Positions 31,400-46,276 of a stretch of 64,000 nt of DNA are shown here, piece by piece. The position numbers and the translations under genes were made by a program. The notes under the pieces are model-generated. The model was not told the origin of the DNA, did no database searches, and saw nothing but the letters and a program-made list of their open reading frames with translations. The DNA is from the human T2T-CHM13v2.0 reference genome, Homo sapiens, in assembly GCF_009914755.1 (NCBI RefSeq), contig NC_060932.1, one strand, 5' to 3'. Every line of letters begins with the position of its first letter. Position 1 is the first letter of the stretch.

Positions 31400-33470
31400 T
31401 GTGATAAGAGTTTGTTGTAGTTTAATGGAGGAGACATACAGGTAAACGATAAAAACAGTGTAACATGATAAATGTCGTTAAGAGATAGAAACAAAGCACT
31501 GTGGAATCTTTGAGAAGAGAATGAGAAATTCTCTTGGGGTGTCAGGAAAGGCTTGTAGCAATGTTAGCATTTGAGTTGGATCTTAAAGGATGACTAAGAC
31601 TGTCCTAGGATTATGAAAATGGACAAAAGTGGAAAAAGAAAGCTTTCAAGCTTATGCAAAGACTTGGAGGTTATAGAAACCTGGCATGTTTGATGAACAC
31701 TTAGAAATTTTAGAAATTTGGTGTGGCAGAAGCCTTGAGGGAAGTGGCAGGAGATGGTGTACGCTGGAACCAGAGTCTGAAAAGTCTTGAATGTCAACTG
31801 GGGAGGTTGGATTTTATTTTCTGGGCAGTAGGCAACCAAGAGAGGCTTTAAACCTGGGAATTTACATGCTTGATTTTTTTCTGTTTAAAAAAGAAATCTA
31901 GGGATGATATCTATAAGGGTCTTGTTACAGAAACCAGTTAGGGAGTAATTTTAACAGTTCAAGTGAGATGTCTTATTCGGTTTAGCCTACTCTCACAATG
32001 TACCATAAACTGGGTCATTTATAAATAACAGAGATTTATTTTTCATAGTTCTTGAGGCTGGAAGTGTGTCATCAGGGCATCAGCATGGACATATTCTGTT
32101 GAGGGCTGTCATCCATGTTACAGACTGCTGACTTTTGTTGTGTCCTCACATGGCAGAAAGAGGACAAGAGAGCTCTCTGGCCTCTTCCTGTAAGGGCACT
32201 AATAATCTCATTTGTGAGGGACCCTCCCTGGTGACCTAATTACCTCCTAAATGTATCACCTCCAAATATTATCACAGTGGGATTAGGGGCTTGAGATATG
32301 AATCTGGTGGCACACAAACATTCAGTTCATTGCAGGTAAAATGAAGATTGTCAGTGACAGTGGAGACAAGGAGTAGAGGTCCCTAATGCAGACTCAACAG
32401 ATTTCAGTGACTGACTGAGAGGGTAGTTGACAGTAGAACTGAGGTTCTTATAGTGGGAAGTCATTAACTTGAGAACATAAAATACAGATAAGGTTTTCAC
32501 TTATTCCACACACGTTTCATTAAAAATCCTTCATGTATCAAGACCTACTTGGGAATCTTACGAAAGAGAAATATTTCCTACCATTATAGAACACACTGTT
32601 TGGTGGGGCTATATAGATTTAAAAGTTAATTATGTTGTGGTAACTACAATGATGGCTAAAAATGGCCACCTTTATAGTGATTATTATGTGCTTGACACTA
32701 TTCTAAATATTTTACATGAACTACCCCTTTTAATCTTGAAAACACTCTTAAAAAGGAGAAGCTGTTATGATTCCCACTATACATGTGAGAAACTGAAGCA
32801 CAAGGAGGTTAGGTAATTTGTCCAAAGTCATACAACTGGCAATGCAAGAGCCAATATTTAAGCCCAAGCAGTATGACACCAGAGTCCACGCCAGTGAACA
32901 CAAAACAGAATTCCTCTGTGATAGAAGTATGTGTAGAATAGTGTGTGTGTGTGTGTGTGTGTTATGAATTTTGTTGTCAATATTAAGTTGGAGCTGTGCA
33001 GTCTCAAAGTTTATTGTTCCAGTAAACAATTAGAAATTTTGGCTTACAGGTTGGAAAATAGATGAAAGCTAAAGGCATAGTTGAAATCTGCATAAAATTA
33101 AAGCTATGGGAGTGTATCTCCAAGGGAGAGTAATTTTTCCACAATTAGAAGGTCATAGCTCTGGGATCCCCAACACATATGGGATGTGCAAAGAACATGA
33201 AAGAGCAGGAATGGCCAGAGGATTGCTAGACGATGTCGAGAGTGGAATATATAGATATCAGAATTAGCGTTTCTAGAAAGAGGGAGATACGATGAACAGT
33301 GCCAAGTGCTGCAGGAAAGTTATGTAGGACTGAATATAGATGAATACAGATGGTTGAATTTAGCAATTGGAAGGTTATTGTTGGTTTTAATGAGAATAAT
33401 TTTTGTTGTCTGATAGTAAAGGTAGCCACATTTGAGAGGCTGAGAATGAAAGGTCATGCAAAGAGGGATT
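31400..33470 (-). mobile_element. Fragmented L2 region with nested MLT1A and MIR (~32660-32900)
   Basis: L2-like motifs (GTCAGGAAAGGCTT, TTTGAGTTGGATCTTAAAGGATGA, AAGTGCTGCAGGAAAGT); MIR core GAGAAACTGAAGCACAAGGAGGTTAGGTAATTTGTCCAAAGTCA. Confidence 0.55.
31969..32334 (-). mobile_element. MLT1A-like MaLR LTR
   Basis: TACCATAAACTGGGT..TTTATTTTTCATAGTTC..ACACAAACATTCAGTTCATTGCA. Confidence 0.82.
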
Positions 33471-34854
33471 GATATTTTTTGTTTGAAGAAAGTAGTTTCC
33501 AGAACAAAGGAAGTAACAGTCTGTTAATGCCAGATTATCAAACAGAATTTGGAAATAGTATGGAGGAGGAAGGAAACAGAGAGATCATTTGCAACTACTA
33601 TTCTTACAAAGCAGCTAAAGGAATGAGTTAGCCCACAAATAAAAGGTGGTTAATCACAGTGCTTATTATAGACTTCAATTTCATTATGTAGCAATTCAAG
33701 AGTGCATCCATAATATACCTTTATTCAGTCACTCATTCATTTGTTTGTTCAGTAAACATTAAGCACTTGGGAAGCACTATTCATGTAGACTGTATGCATG
33801 TGCAAGTATTGGCATGTGTTCAGGGCAATGCAGGAGGAAAAGGGTGGTAGGAGAGACAGCTGACCTGAAAGCTTGCCTGGCATAATGATCAACACTATAA
33901 AGCCAGGGAGAGCCCAGCAGTCCTGTTTGTTAAACAGTGTGAAGTGCAATGGACCTAGAGTATTTGGGGGTTGGTAGGTCATATTGTTATTACTGACAAA
34001 AGACAAGAAAGCCAAAATCAAGAGCTGAAAATAAGAATGTAGTTTTGTATTAGATTTTATTTCTTAAAATTTAAAAACTGTATATTTACATTAAAAAGTA
34101 AAAAATAAGAGCTAGCAATACTAATATCACATTCTGTTTCTCTCTTTGAAAATATGCTTAATCATCACATTGATGAATGCAGAATGCATATCCCATACAG
34201 AGATTGTTTTGTTAGCAAATTTTCTTTTTCTCAAGCTAATATCTTAATATTTTTTATTTTTTATTTTTTTGTCGTTGATAACAGCTGTCCATCATGCATG
34301 AAGATGGCATTGACTGAATATTGTTTCCCATGCAAAGCTGTTGATAGAGATGGTTCAAGAAATAGCAGATTTCTCTTCGGATCTTGACTCAGCTCATGTG
34401 ATATAATTACTTCTAAAACAAATTTACTGTCATGCGCCAGAGAAACAGACTAAATTACAATAAAAATAGATCTATGAACCCACCATAATAATCATTTTTC
34501 AGGGAGGACAGTTGAAAAGGTTATTTTTAATGTCATTAGAAAAAGTGGAATGAATGGGAGTCAGGAAAAGGCTAGGCAAGAAGAAGAAAGGAGAAATGAT
34601 GAACAGAACATATTGGCAAGAGGAGCTGCAGCATGAGAACCTCTGTTATAACTGGCTTCAGGAGTGCATGTTTGAATAGACACAGACTACATATTTCGTT
34701 TTTGGTTTTCCTATTATGGCGGATGGTATATAAAGTGTTGATTTGGTGCAGATTAAAACTTGAGATACCGAACATCATTCTTTTATTTTCCTGTGATGCC
34801 CCTTGCCCCATAAAGAAAGAAAACATAACTGCTCATCATTTGCTGTAGGACAAT

Positions 34855-34857
<3 letters not shown>

Positions 34858-34894
<37 letters not shown>

Positions 34895-34905
34895 ACACAC
34901 ACACA
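34858..34905. repeat. (CA)n microsatellite
   Basis: Seen directly; one GA interruption. Confidence 0.95.
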
Positions 34906-35357
34906 GAATTAATGCAGAGTTTTTACTTCTGATGTAAAATGTTTATGTATGTGTGTGGCTGAGAAATGAGAAGCTTCCCTGAGAAATATGGAGGGGAAGG
35001 GAAACTGACCTGTTGTTTAATGGAGATCATTTTACAAGCTGACTTCAACAGCCTCTGTTCTTACTTGGATATGGGAAAGGAGGTGTTTCAAGGTACACCC
35101 GTGCTTCACAAGAAGTTATCACAGAATTTGGGACGTATGTCCCTGTGAGTTGGGGAGCACATGACAGATGGTAACTTCTAGACAGGTTGGTTTGTTGGTA
35201 ACTGAGTAAGGAGGCCACACTGGGAGCCAGTCACAACAGCACCAATGATGGATGATGGAGGGAGATGTCTTGAGATGGTCCCACTCAGAGTGAGGGGAAT
35301 GCTTCAAAAGGAGCCTGGAAACAGATTTCCAGATGCAGAAGTGAAAGGTGATGGGCT

Positions 35358-35606
35358 TTGAACAATGAGAACACATGGACACAGGAAGGGGAACATCACA
35401 CTCTGGGGACTGTTGTGGGGTGGGGGGAGGGGGAGGGATAGCATTAGGAGATATACCTAATACTAAATGACGAGTTAATGGGTGCAGCACACCAGCATGG
35501 CACATGTATACATATGTAACTAACCTGCACATTGTGCACATGTACCCTAAAACTTAAAGTATAATAATAATAAAATAAATAAATAAAAAATAAAAATAAA
35601 AAATAA
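35358..35606 (+). mobile_element. Severely 5'-truncated young L1 (L1PA3-like), 3'UTR plus A-rich tail
   Basis: CTAAATGACGAGTTAATGGGTGCAGCACACCAGCATGG..CCCTAAAACTTAAAG; perfect 15-bp TSD GAAAGGTGATGGGCT at 35343-35357 and 35607-35621. Confidence 0.95.
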
Positions 35607-38384
35607 GAAAGGTGATGGGCTGTTGTAAGCTGTCAGCCAGCCTGAAGGAGGCATTTCCACCTCCAGGAAACTGTAATGAGAGATCCCCATTGATGACAGA
35701 CATTCCTGAGAAATCCACAAAAGCACCTTATGAGAGAAAGAGCCAGAAGACCAAATTAAAATCCTGCCAGTGTCTTAGCACCTTTGCTGTCCCCTACCCT
35801 CTCCCTGACACCCCAATTTACTCATTCTGAAGGAGCCAGAAACTAGAGCAGGTAAAGAAAAAACAAGCCAGTACCTTCCATCTTAGACAGGCCCAAGCTA
35901 AGGAGTGCAAATGTTTTTAATTGGCAGAAAGTTCAGTTTTAATGTTGGACTTTGCTGGTCATATTAATAATTCTTTATTATGCCGTAGCTGGTGTTAATG
36001 GGAATGGTAAGTAACAACTCAATTGCTTTCCGTTAGTATCCTACCAAGTCCATTTCATTCTATTTAAGACAGTAAGTCAGTATTCTATGATATCACTAAA
36101 TACCTTATCTTATTGATGTCTAAAAGATAAGGAGTGATACAATGGAAAAATCTTTCAAATTATTTAAAAGAAAAAGGGACAGAGATTGGAGTTTGAGTGT
36201 CAGATCTCTTTATCGGCCATGATGCCTCTACTAAGCCCTAATTTTCTCATATGCAAAGTGGAATCATAAATGCCTGTTTCACTGAGTTTCTTTAATTCCT
36301 AGTTTTTAGATTATGTTTTCTATTTAATGTACTAAAATGTGTGAGAAAAATACGTATTTCTCTCCGTGATACCATTTTCAATTGTGAGTCTTCAGTTCTC
36401 AGGTCTTATACATTAATCTCACTTGTAGTCCCTCTGTGTGCCCTCTTTATCTGTGAATCTATTTTATTTGTGTTTAGTGAAATTGGACCGTATTTCTTCA
36501 TTGTACCCTCTTTCTGCATGTGCCATCTTTGATTTATTTGAGTTCCTAAGTTTTAAAAACTATAACAACTTAGCCATTCAACAGACATTCTCAAAATGAT
36601 GACAAATGTTATGCATATATAGTAATATATATGTGTATATATATATATATTTATTTATTAATTTCCAAATTACTGGCATCACATCCATCTATCTCCAAAC
36701 ATCTTTTCCCTCCCCTCAACCTCTGCTCTTTCTCTCTCTTTCTTCCTACCTTTCTCTCTCTCTCTGTCCTTCTGGACTATTGACCCCTTCAATATTTAAT
36801 ATCACCTCCAAAAGGATAATTAAAAGGTGATTTGGAAAGATTTGCTTTCCTCAGTCTCTTCTTTATCTACTTCTTTTCACCAAATCTCTTTTTTCTCCTC
36901 CTTTGAAATGATTTTGTAATCTATCTACCCTTTCACCTCACTGTGCTACTTCTTTATATGTTACCTAAACTATTACCTAAAATCATAATGTACATGCTCA
37001 TCTCCAGGCTTGCACACTCCAATCTGTACTTCTAACTGTTAAATTTCTAGAGTGCACACCTGATTCTCTCATTTCCTGATTTAAAACCTTCATATTTTTC
37101 TGCATTATATTTAGGATGATTTCCAGCTTCTGACTTATCATCGCACTTGAAGCTGTTTATAATATGCCATAATTTGCCTTGCCTATGCCATCTCTGGTGC
37201 TTTCTACTCCTGTCAGACTGTTTTGCTGCTGTTTTCCATGCATGCCATGAAGCTTCACACCTCTCAGCTTGTGCTCATACTGTTCCTTCTGCCCAGATTA
37301 CTCCTTCCATTCTTATCTAGTTGTCAAATCTTGTTCCTCACATTCTGCTCAAACATCAAATATAAAATACCCTTTCTATGCAGCTTTTCACAGAGCTCTA
37401 GCAAAATTGTTATTAATCACCCATACTGTGCTTCCCTCCACTCTCCCACTCCTCATTTTTTTTAGTTAGTAGTCCTTGTGATCCCCCAGAGATAATCAGG
37501 GCCTAAGAGCTGAAAATAAGTTCTTTTACTTCTAAACTCTCATAGGCAAGGCGAATGCCAAATGTTAATTACTAAAATGGGTAGTAATGTGTTTTTAGAG
37601 TTCAGTATGTATCAGCCAAATGTATGCACGAGGGTTTTACATGCATGAAAAAAACTTAATTGCAACAACATTATGCTGTAATTTTCCTGAAGAAAGAGAC
37701 TTGCTTTATTCATTGTAGGTTCTTTGATGTCTAGAACTGTACTTGGTCTGGCAGATGCTCAAGAACTCTTTGTTGACCTGCAAAATAAATTAATGAATGA
37801 AGAAACAACTCTGTAAGAAATGGACTAGCATGATATCCATAGCACAAATAAGGAAGACAAAGCAAATGAAGTCAAGTGATTTGGTTGTTACACCTAAAAT
37901 ATGTGGTAGTTGAAAGCATATGTGCTAACACCATATTCAATGCTTTTAAAACATTAATACAACACTGCTCTATCCAGTTGGACTGGGAAATGGCAATTTT
38001 TTTAGAAGCAAACTTTGGAAAGGTGGCAGCACAGAAATTAGTCCCTACACAAAGCCAAACAAAAAGCAAACAATAAAAGACACTACCACAACGACCATGA
38101 CCACAAGTTTAATCTGAAATGAGATTTAAATGCTACAAGGATTTTTAAGTGAATTTAATTATTACCAGTAGAAATTGAAAATTGGAAGAGTAAGTAGGAT
38201 TTCAGAACCCAGCCCCCGACACCTCATCCTCCACCTCAATCCACACATATACCAACCGTCGGTGCTTTAATACCCAGAGCATGCTCACCAGGGTCTGGGG
38301 CCAGTTAAAGGCTGGGCTTTATCATGGAAGCAGATGTACTTTCTATTGCAATGAAAAATATTAAGTTGTATTTTAGACACATAG

Positions 38385-38386
38385 AA

Positions 38387-38425
<39 letters not shown>

Positions 38426-38427
38426 AA
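38385..38427. repeat. (TAAA)n microsatellite
   Basis: Seen directly. Confidence 0.95.
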
Positions 38428-38779
38428 AGACATATTTAACTATGTCTTCAAATATTTCACTCTATTATATCCCTCATATAGTAGGATTTCCAAGAGGACT
38501 GGTAGAAATACTGCTTTAAAATTTTATCTTAAAAAAGTAGAGCCTATCTCTCATTATTAGAAGTATTTAAAGTTTGCAAAGTTGTGTGCTATGGGAAAGA
38601 GATTTGTTTTAAATTTATTAAAAGATGAGAAGTCTAGCGAATTATCGGTAAAGTGATCTCAGTGAAAAGCTAAAGTAATAAGAGATAATAAACTGCTTAG
38701 ATACTGAAACTTCCAAAAATTTTTGAGAGGCGCCAGTTTTGCCATCCTCCTTTTAACTCACTTGTGCCTTCAATGGCAT

Positions 38780-39025
38780 AGAGAAATGTTTAAGAACCCA
38801 GCTCCAGACCCAAGCTGCCTTAGTTGAAGTTATGGGTCATACACACAATAACTACAGTATCTTGGGCAAGTTACTTAATCTCTTTCTGCCTCAGTTTACA
38901 CATTTGTGTGGAGGTAATAGTAGAATGTCCTAATGTCATTATAAGGATTCAATAAGTTAGAATCCAAAGCAATTAGAATATTGCCTGTCATGTGAAACCA
39001 GCTAATACAATAGTTGTTATTATTT
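38780..39025 (+). mobile_element. MIR
   Basis: CTTGGGCAAGTTACTTAATCTCTTTCTGCCTCAGTTT core. Confidence 0.75.
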
Positions 39026-39864
39026 GTGAAGAAGGAAAATTGAGCCAAAAAAATGTAGTTCTTATGACAGTCTAAATCTCAGTGTCTTCTTTCATTCATT
39101 CAGATTTGATTAAGTGTTAATAAGTGAAGTATGAGCCTATTAGCAAGGCACTGTGGAAGGCAGTGGGCATGGAAGAATGAATAAGGAATGGGCTTTGGCC
39201 TCAAATGACAAGCCATACAGACTCAACAACCTGTAATAATATGCACACTCAAAGTGGATGCATTTTAAATTGCTTGTAAAAGCCCCCATGAAATTCTATC
39301 AGCTGACATGAAAATAGCATTCCATTAATTTTGATAGAATTCATATCCCTTTCCTTCCCGCCTCACAACAGACATTGCAATGGAGAGAACATGCACGTAT
39401 CCCTCCTATCTGCATTTTTCCTTATTTCACATCTGTAGAAAGAGGGGGCTTTTAGGCAGATCTCTGAATAATGACTCTGAAAGTACTTATGAAATAGTCC
39501 TAAAATAAAATAAAAACTTCTGTTAATTCAGAGCAAAAGGTAGTTGTTTCTGTAAACTTCCAGGAAAGCAGGTTGGTAAGCAGATAATCTCTTCTACCCA
39601 ATGCCATCAATATGGCCATTTAAACTTGGAAAGATTGATGTGTATGGTGCCTTCCTACTTGGGAATGCTATAATTTACTTTTTTACACTTGTAAGACTAG
39701 CCCAACCTGGTGAAAACACCACTATGATTATCTCAATAGTGCTGAGTCAGATTAGGTTTTTTGGTAAGGACTCTTGGAGTCTGTCAAAGGAGTGACTTTC
39801 CCTTACTTGACAGCACACAGGTAGAATTTGGTGCTTTGAGTCCTAGTTACAGGGTTTTAAAAAA

Positions 39865-40000
39865 TTATTTATTTTTATTTTTTAGAGATGGGGTTATGCT
39901 AGGTTGGCCAGGCTGGCCTCGAACTCCTGGCCTCAAGCAATTCTCACACCTTGGCCTCCCAAAGTGCTAAGATTATAGGCATGAGTCACTGTGCCCGGCT
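39865..40000 (-). mobile_element. Alu left monomer (FLAM-like)
   Basis: Single arm ending GTGCCCGGCT with T-rich tail. Confidence 0.85.
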
Positions 40001-41289
40001 CCAAGGCATAGAATTTTAATAATGTTTTGTGTTCTTCTGTAACGGGACAGCACTTGAGAAGTTTTCATTTGAGCATGAATGTGAAACTTGGAACTGTAAT
40101 ATTGGTAAGTGACGTATTTTTTTTTTACAGATCATACCATGTTTTTCACATTGTACTTAAGATATTATGTATTAGACCTACTTTTGCCTAAATGTTATTT
40201 CCCCCTCTCTACATCAGTGGAATTATTATTATTTTAGCACTTTGTGACATTGTAATTTTATATAATACCACAATTGTTGTGCATTTCTGTGAGTTTTAAA
40301 CTTGACTTCTTTGCAGAATAGGGACAAAGGGGAGACTAAAGCAAAATACACTAAGGACATCCTAAATTCTCCTTCACCCTCAAGATAATGTAATCATTCA
40401 TCAGTTCTCCATAAAAATTCATTCAGCAGAGCAGGGAGAAGTCTGGCATTTCATATTTAGCTACCGCTGAGAATATGCTAAAAGCTTTTTCTCAGACACA
40501 CTGTCATTTCTAAAAATGTCAGGCTTACAGACATGACATGCTCCAGAAACTCACTTTAATTTGAATAATAACTAAGAGCCTGTCACATGCTAAGTCATTG
40601 GAACTATTTCCTACTCAGTTCTGCAGTAAAGAAAACAACAAGCTCTCCCCAAGCCTATTCTATTTTCCTTCCCACCTCCCACCAACAAAACATTGTTTTT
40701 TCTATCACACAAAAAAGTTATGAGTACTTTAGGTCTCCTATGAAACATTACTGTGTGTGTTTTATTCCAACTATTATAGGCTTCTTCTGCCTTATTCCTT
40801 AATAGCAGCTTCTTATTAGATACATAATTTTGTGTCTCTCTTCTGAGAAAACATGAAATTACTGTATTAATATATGTTTTATAAAGGAAAACAAGATATC
40901 AAGGAGAGGCTATGCTAGCATTTCATGTGGGTAATCTGAAGAATCTTATGTGTGTTTCATCGACTGCCGTGAAGATTTGATATTTCTTTCTTATGGATTC
41001 TGGGAAACACTGTCTTGAAGATAAGATGGCCCCTCTTTTTTTTAGGAAATGAGAACTCAATAAGGAACAATATTGATTCGAGTTCATGCATCTGGGAATT
41101 GTAAGGCTTTATGTCCTTCATTAAACATGGTCAGCAGGGGCCCAGATACTCCTGAGCTACAGGCAATTATATATGAGTGGTTTCATTTACCACAAAACAG
41201 TAGGTGGCTCACACTTTAGGAATGCTTCCTTGATGTTGGATGTCAAATTCTCATTTAAATTCCTTCAATATCTTCAGTGACTACCTAAG

Positions 41290-41745
41290 CAGCTTCTTCT
41301 ACTCCATTGCCTGTAAACGGAGGCTGGCTCTTGGGAAAAAGTGAACTACCACAGATGGGATAGATGTTAGTGGCAGCCGGTATTCATAGACCCAACAGCC
41401 ATTTTCAGAAGGCACTTGGAAGGATGTTGGTGTGGCCAATGAGATATTCTAACCCCGTAGTTTGAATGTAGGGTGAGCAATGCAAAGGACTGGGGAGAGG
41501 GAAGATGCTATTTCAGGGACAGTGAGTGACAGCAACAGACCCCCTGAGGTCCAAGGTCTGGTTATATTGTGATAGCGGTGGCAGCAACAACATTAGTGCC
41601 AGACTATTATGAGGGCTGATTTTGGTGGTGATTCTGGTCATTTAGTTTATTTTAGTTTCTAACACTCATCCAAGCCTGAAAATTCATTCACCTCATGGAT
41701 TCCGGAAAAGCCAATATGCATATGACACATTCATTTTCTGCTAAA
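41290..41745. mobile_element. Possible old ERVL-type LTR remnant (LTR33/LTR41-like)
   Basis: GC-richer block with ATTCATTTTCTGCTAAA near its end; recognition is weak. Confidence 0.3.
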
Positions 41746-43743
41746 AGAATGTTACAAAAGGTTCAGGCAGGTCTAATCACCTGTGGTGGTTCTTTCTTTT
41801 TTTTTAATTTCTGATCTGTCACAGATGGATCCCTTCATTACATTAATAAAAAATGTTAGAAAAACCGAGTTAAGAGAAAAAATAAGCTCTAGTTTTTATA
41901 ACTAGATTCATCAAGCTTAAAATTAAATGTTGTGGTAATCTTCAATGGCAATACAAGTTTCTAAATGGTTAATATCTATTTCTGTGCTTTTCTTATTGTT
42001 GGCCAGAAATAAGCAGTTCATGCACTGGCAGACCACAATTCGATTAGTAATGTGGTAAGAAATCAAAATTTAACTCTGTCTGAATCATACTTTTAAATAT
42101 TACACAAATGTGAGAGAGAGAGGAAAAGGGAGGGGGAGGAGGATAAAAGGTAAAAAGAGGAAGATAGAAAGTTGAAGACTTGAATCAAAACTAGAATAGA
42201 CATTGCCATAGGCACCTTAGACGTAAGAGTTTATTGGTACCCTAATGAGATTTTTGAGCCTGGATTAGTACTCATTTTGATTGTGCAATTATATTTACAA
42301 AGTTGTACCTACATCTTCCCACTGTAATCCTACTTGGATGTTCCAAAATGTATTTTGTGTTTCACTGACAATTGGCGTATGACTTTATTTCAGACAACTA
42401 CTTCTTAGCCTCCCCAAATTTCCTCCCAAGTATTTCTGGGAGTCCCCAATTTGTGCCTCCCTTGTATTCATGGTCAAAATCAGAAATGATGGGATATTTT
42501 CATCAGAAGTATATTCACATGAGGAGCAAAAGATCCTTGGGAGAGAAGCTATCCCAACCAAGCCTGCGCAGGTAACCAAATTTCAGATGGGCAGAACTAA
42601 TGAAACTGAGAACAGTTTTGGCTGTCACTTGCTTATGCCGAGATGATTGTCTGGTTCCTACAAAGAAAGATAACCGTATATAAAAGTTTAAAAGCTCTAT
42701 TTTACTAGAAAACACAAGATATTGGGATGTAAACTACAGAGTTTTGTTCCCGTTCTAAGAGATGAGAAGGAAAGTATTCTCCCGAACTTTGCCAACAGAA
42801 TGCTGCATAATTTTGGCAACATGATGTCTTTGGTACAAAGCAGAGATGTCTACTAAGTGCAGAGTACCCTGTGGGTCTAGCAGTGTCCAAGAGAGGAGAG
42901 AAAAATGCTCGAATTAATGGTGCTCCTGCCCAAGATTGGGGAATGCCTGTGAAATAGTGTCTTAGTGGATAGGACAATAGCCAGGGTAATGAGTTTGAGA
43001 GGTAGAAGAGAAAAAAGAAAAAGATAATTGAGACCTTCTTGGGCTGAAAAGACTTGCTTGTAAACCCATTTTAGCAACCTATCAGGATTTCAAAGATAAA
43101 TAATTGGAGTGAGGAGAACTCACGGTTTTCTGTTTCAGTGCTTCCAAAACACATCTTGTGTTTCCTTTTTAAAGTCTTGTATTAGAAGAATAATTGGTTT
43201 GATTTAAAAGAAGCCTTTGAATTTCATGGAACCAACTGATACACATAGTTAACATTTCATGTACAGGGCAGAAATACTAGGGAAGCGATATCATGGAACC
43301 ACCCCAAATCTGCTCTAGGAGTGAGACAGGTTTGGGTATGCCTGATGAGCTAGTGTGATGGTTTCCAGAAGGCAATTTTCATGAGATGTTTTGTTGTTGC
43401 TGTTGCCTTGGAAGAGAGATAGTGGAGAGGAAAGGAAGTGGAGTGGCTAGTGTTGCCTTTTCAGATATTGATTCATTTTATTATTGCTTGAGCTGTATGT
43501 TGAGAGAAGCAAAATGAAAAAGAAGCTATTATTTTTGAGGGATTCTGTGAATACAGGCAGTGATAGGATCATATCTCCTTGCACAATGATAATTGTGAAC
43601 CAGAGAGAAGAAGAAACAATTAATTCCCAGTAAGGACATGATATAGAGCTGACTCTGGGATGTGCTAGGAAACCTTGGTGTGTGCTCAAAAGATCATGCC
43701 CATTTACTTATTTACGACATTACAGTGAAAACAATACTACTAG

Positions 43744-44080
<337 letters not shown>

Positions 44081-44659
44081 CATGTTCATACATTTTAAAT
44101 CTACTAGGAATAAGAGCAATCTGTGTACACTACCTGTAATCTGAGCTAGCTGCCTTCTTATAGTTAGAACATAAAATATTATATTGCTTTTAATTCACAT
44201 TTTTGAAATAGCTTTGGTATGTCTTGAAAACCTGCAGTTTCAAAGTTATATGATTGTCCTCTTGCTTCCACTTTGTTGATAAGATGAAGAAAAATAAATC
44301 TGGAATAATAGAGATATTTTATATAAAGCAGATATATTGAGAGCTAAGTCTGTAAACATGGAAAAACACAGCCATTTTAGAGAATCAACAACCCAATGAA
44401 ATAGCAAACATTTCACAAAGGAGAATTTTGGAGTTGGAAGTTGGGGATGGAATAAATAATTTGGCACTAAAATAGCATGTTATGTTAGAATTAGGGTACT
44501 TTGTGCTAGGTACCCAATGTGAATGGAAAATAATATTTAAAATTATCCTACTGCTTTCTTTTTGTGTTACAATCAATGGATTTGAAATATGCCTCAAAGC
44601 AGAAGAGCATTGATTATCTCAGTACCTACTTTCTGTCATTCCTTTTGATCTGTTTTTTC

Positions 44660-44835
44660 ATAAGTGTTTCTCCATGTTCACTATTAACATTTTGACTTGG
44701 ACAATTCTTCACCGCATAGGACTGTATGTGGCAGGTTAATTTGCATCTCTGGCCCCAGAATGCTAAAAACCAAAATAAAACCCTAGTTATTATGATGATC
44801 AAACTATTTCCTCACAGATTCCCAAATACTCCTTT
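44660..44835. mobile_element. MER3/MER20-like hAT MITE
   Basis: CACTATTAACATTTTGACTTGGACAATTCTT..CAGATTCCCAAATACTCC. Confidence 0.55.
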
Positions 44836-46228
44836 GGATAAACATTTATTTCTCCTTTATTCTGAATACTCAGCCCACTTTAAGATGAAATTTATGAGTC
44901 TGTAAGTGATGCTATTTAATATTTATTGAGCACTTACTCTATGTCAACACTATGCTAAGACCTATACCGACATCATTTCATTTATTTTTCTCAGGAAACT
45001 ATGAATTTCATGCTATTATTTTCTTCATCTTACAATTGGGAAAACTAAGTTTAGAGATATTAAATTGCTTAAATCCACAGAGCTGGCTGGCTAAGTGTTC
45101 TGTGTTTATATCTGATTACAGAATGTCAGAGTCTTGACCTGTAGGGTGATCTTTAAAGTGCAGTTTGTTCACGAAAAATTAGTGGGACAGATATAGGCTG
45201 AAAAGGGAAAAGCATGCAAACATTTTTTTCAGGTGTTCCTTCATTGTACATAGGCCTTGACCAAAATGTGTGCTTTTGAATATTCTGCTAGTTCGGGCTT
45301 CAGAAAACCAGGAGAAGATTTAAGTTATGAGAAAAGCTCTGTCATATTACTGATTGGGTTCAAATCCTAGCTCTTCATGATTTTAGACACATTTACTCCG
45401 ACTACTTTGCTTCTGTTTTTTTTTCTTCTGTGAAATGAGTAAGAAGGAGTAAAGCTAGGAAACACATGTGAAGACCACAGCCCTGAGAGACAGAACACTA
45501 AATGACCAGACTTAATTGGAAGATTGTAGAATTCTCTCCATCCTCCACATTTTGCTGCTACAGTAAGACTCCATATAATTCTACATGAAAGAGCTGCAAG
45601 AGCTCTCTGAGGAGGACTTAGAGAATCCCAAAGTAAAGAAAGAACACTTTCTAGCTCAATTTGTTTATCTGATACCCCAAACAGATAAAGACATTACAAG
45701 AAAAGAAAACTACAGAAAGAATTACAAGAAAAGAAAACTATATCTTTCATGAATATTAATGCAAAAATATGTGACAAAATATTTTAAATCAAAACTACAT
45801 ATTAATATATTTAAAAAATGCCATCCCAAAGTGGCATTTATTCCAGGTATAAAAAGACATTTGAAAACTAATCAATGTCATCCACCAAATCAGAAGCCTT
45901 AAGGAATTAAATTACAACATTATATCAACTGACAAAAAACAAACTCCAACACCCATTCATAATAAAATATGTCAGCAAACTCGGAATAGAAGGGGAACTT
46001 CCTCAACTTGATAAATTACATTTATTAAAAAATTGCAGCTAATATCATTCTTAATGGTGAGAGGCAATACATTTTCTCCCCAAGATCAGGAACAGGGCAA
46101 GGACATAGACTCTCACCAGTTCTATCTGACATTGTACTGCCAGGTTCTAGCTAATGCAATAAAACATAAACAGTAAATAAGATGTGTGTGTACTGGAAAG
46201 GAAGTAATAAAACTGTATTCACAGATGG

Positions 46229-46276
<48 letters not shown>

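Noticed and set aside
40051-42571. Several plus-strand splice-like site pairs (~40051-40104, ~41046-41100, ~42484-42571)
   Set aside because: No recognisable protein and weak sites; chance level in AT-rich DNA.
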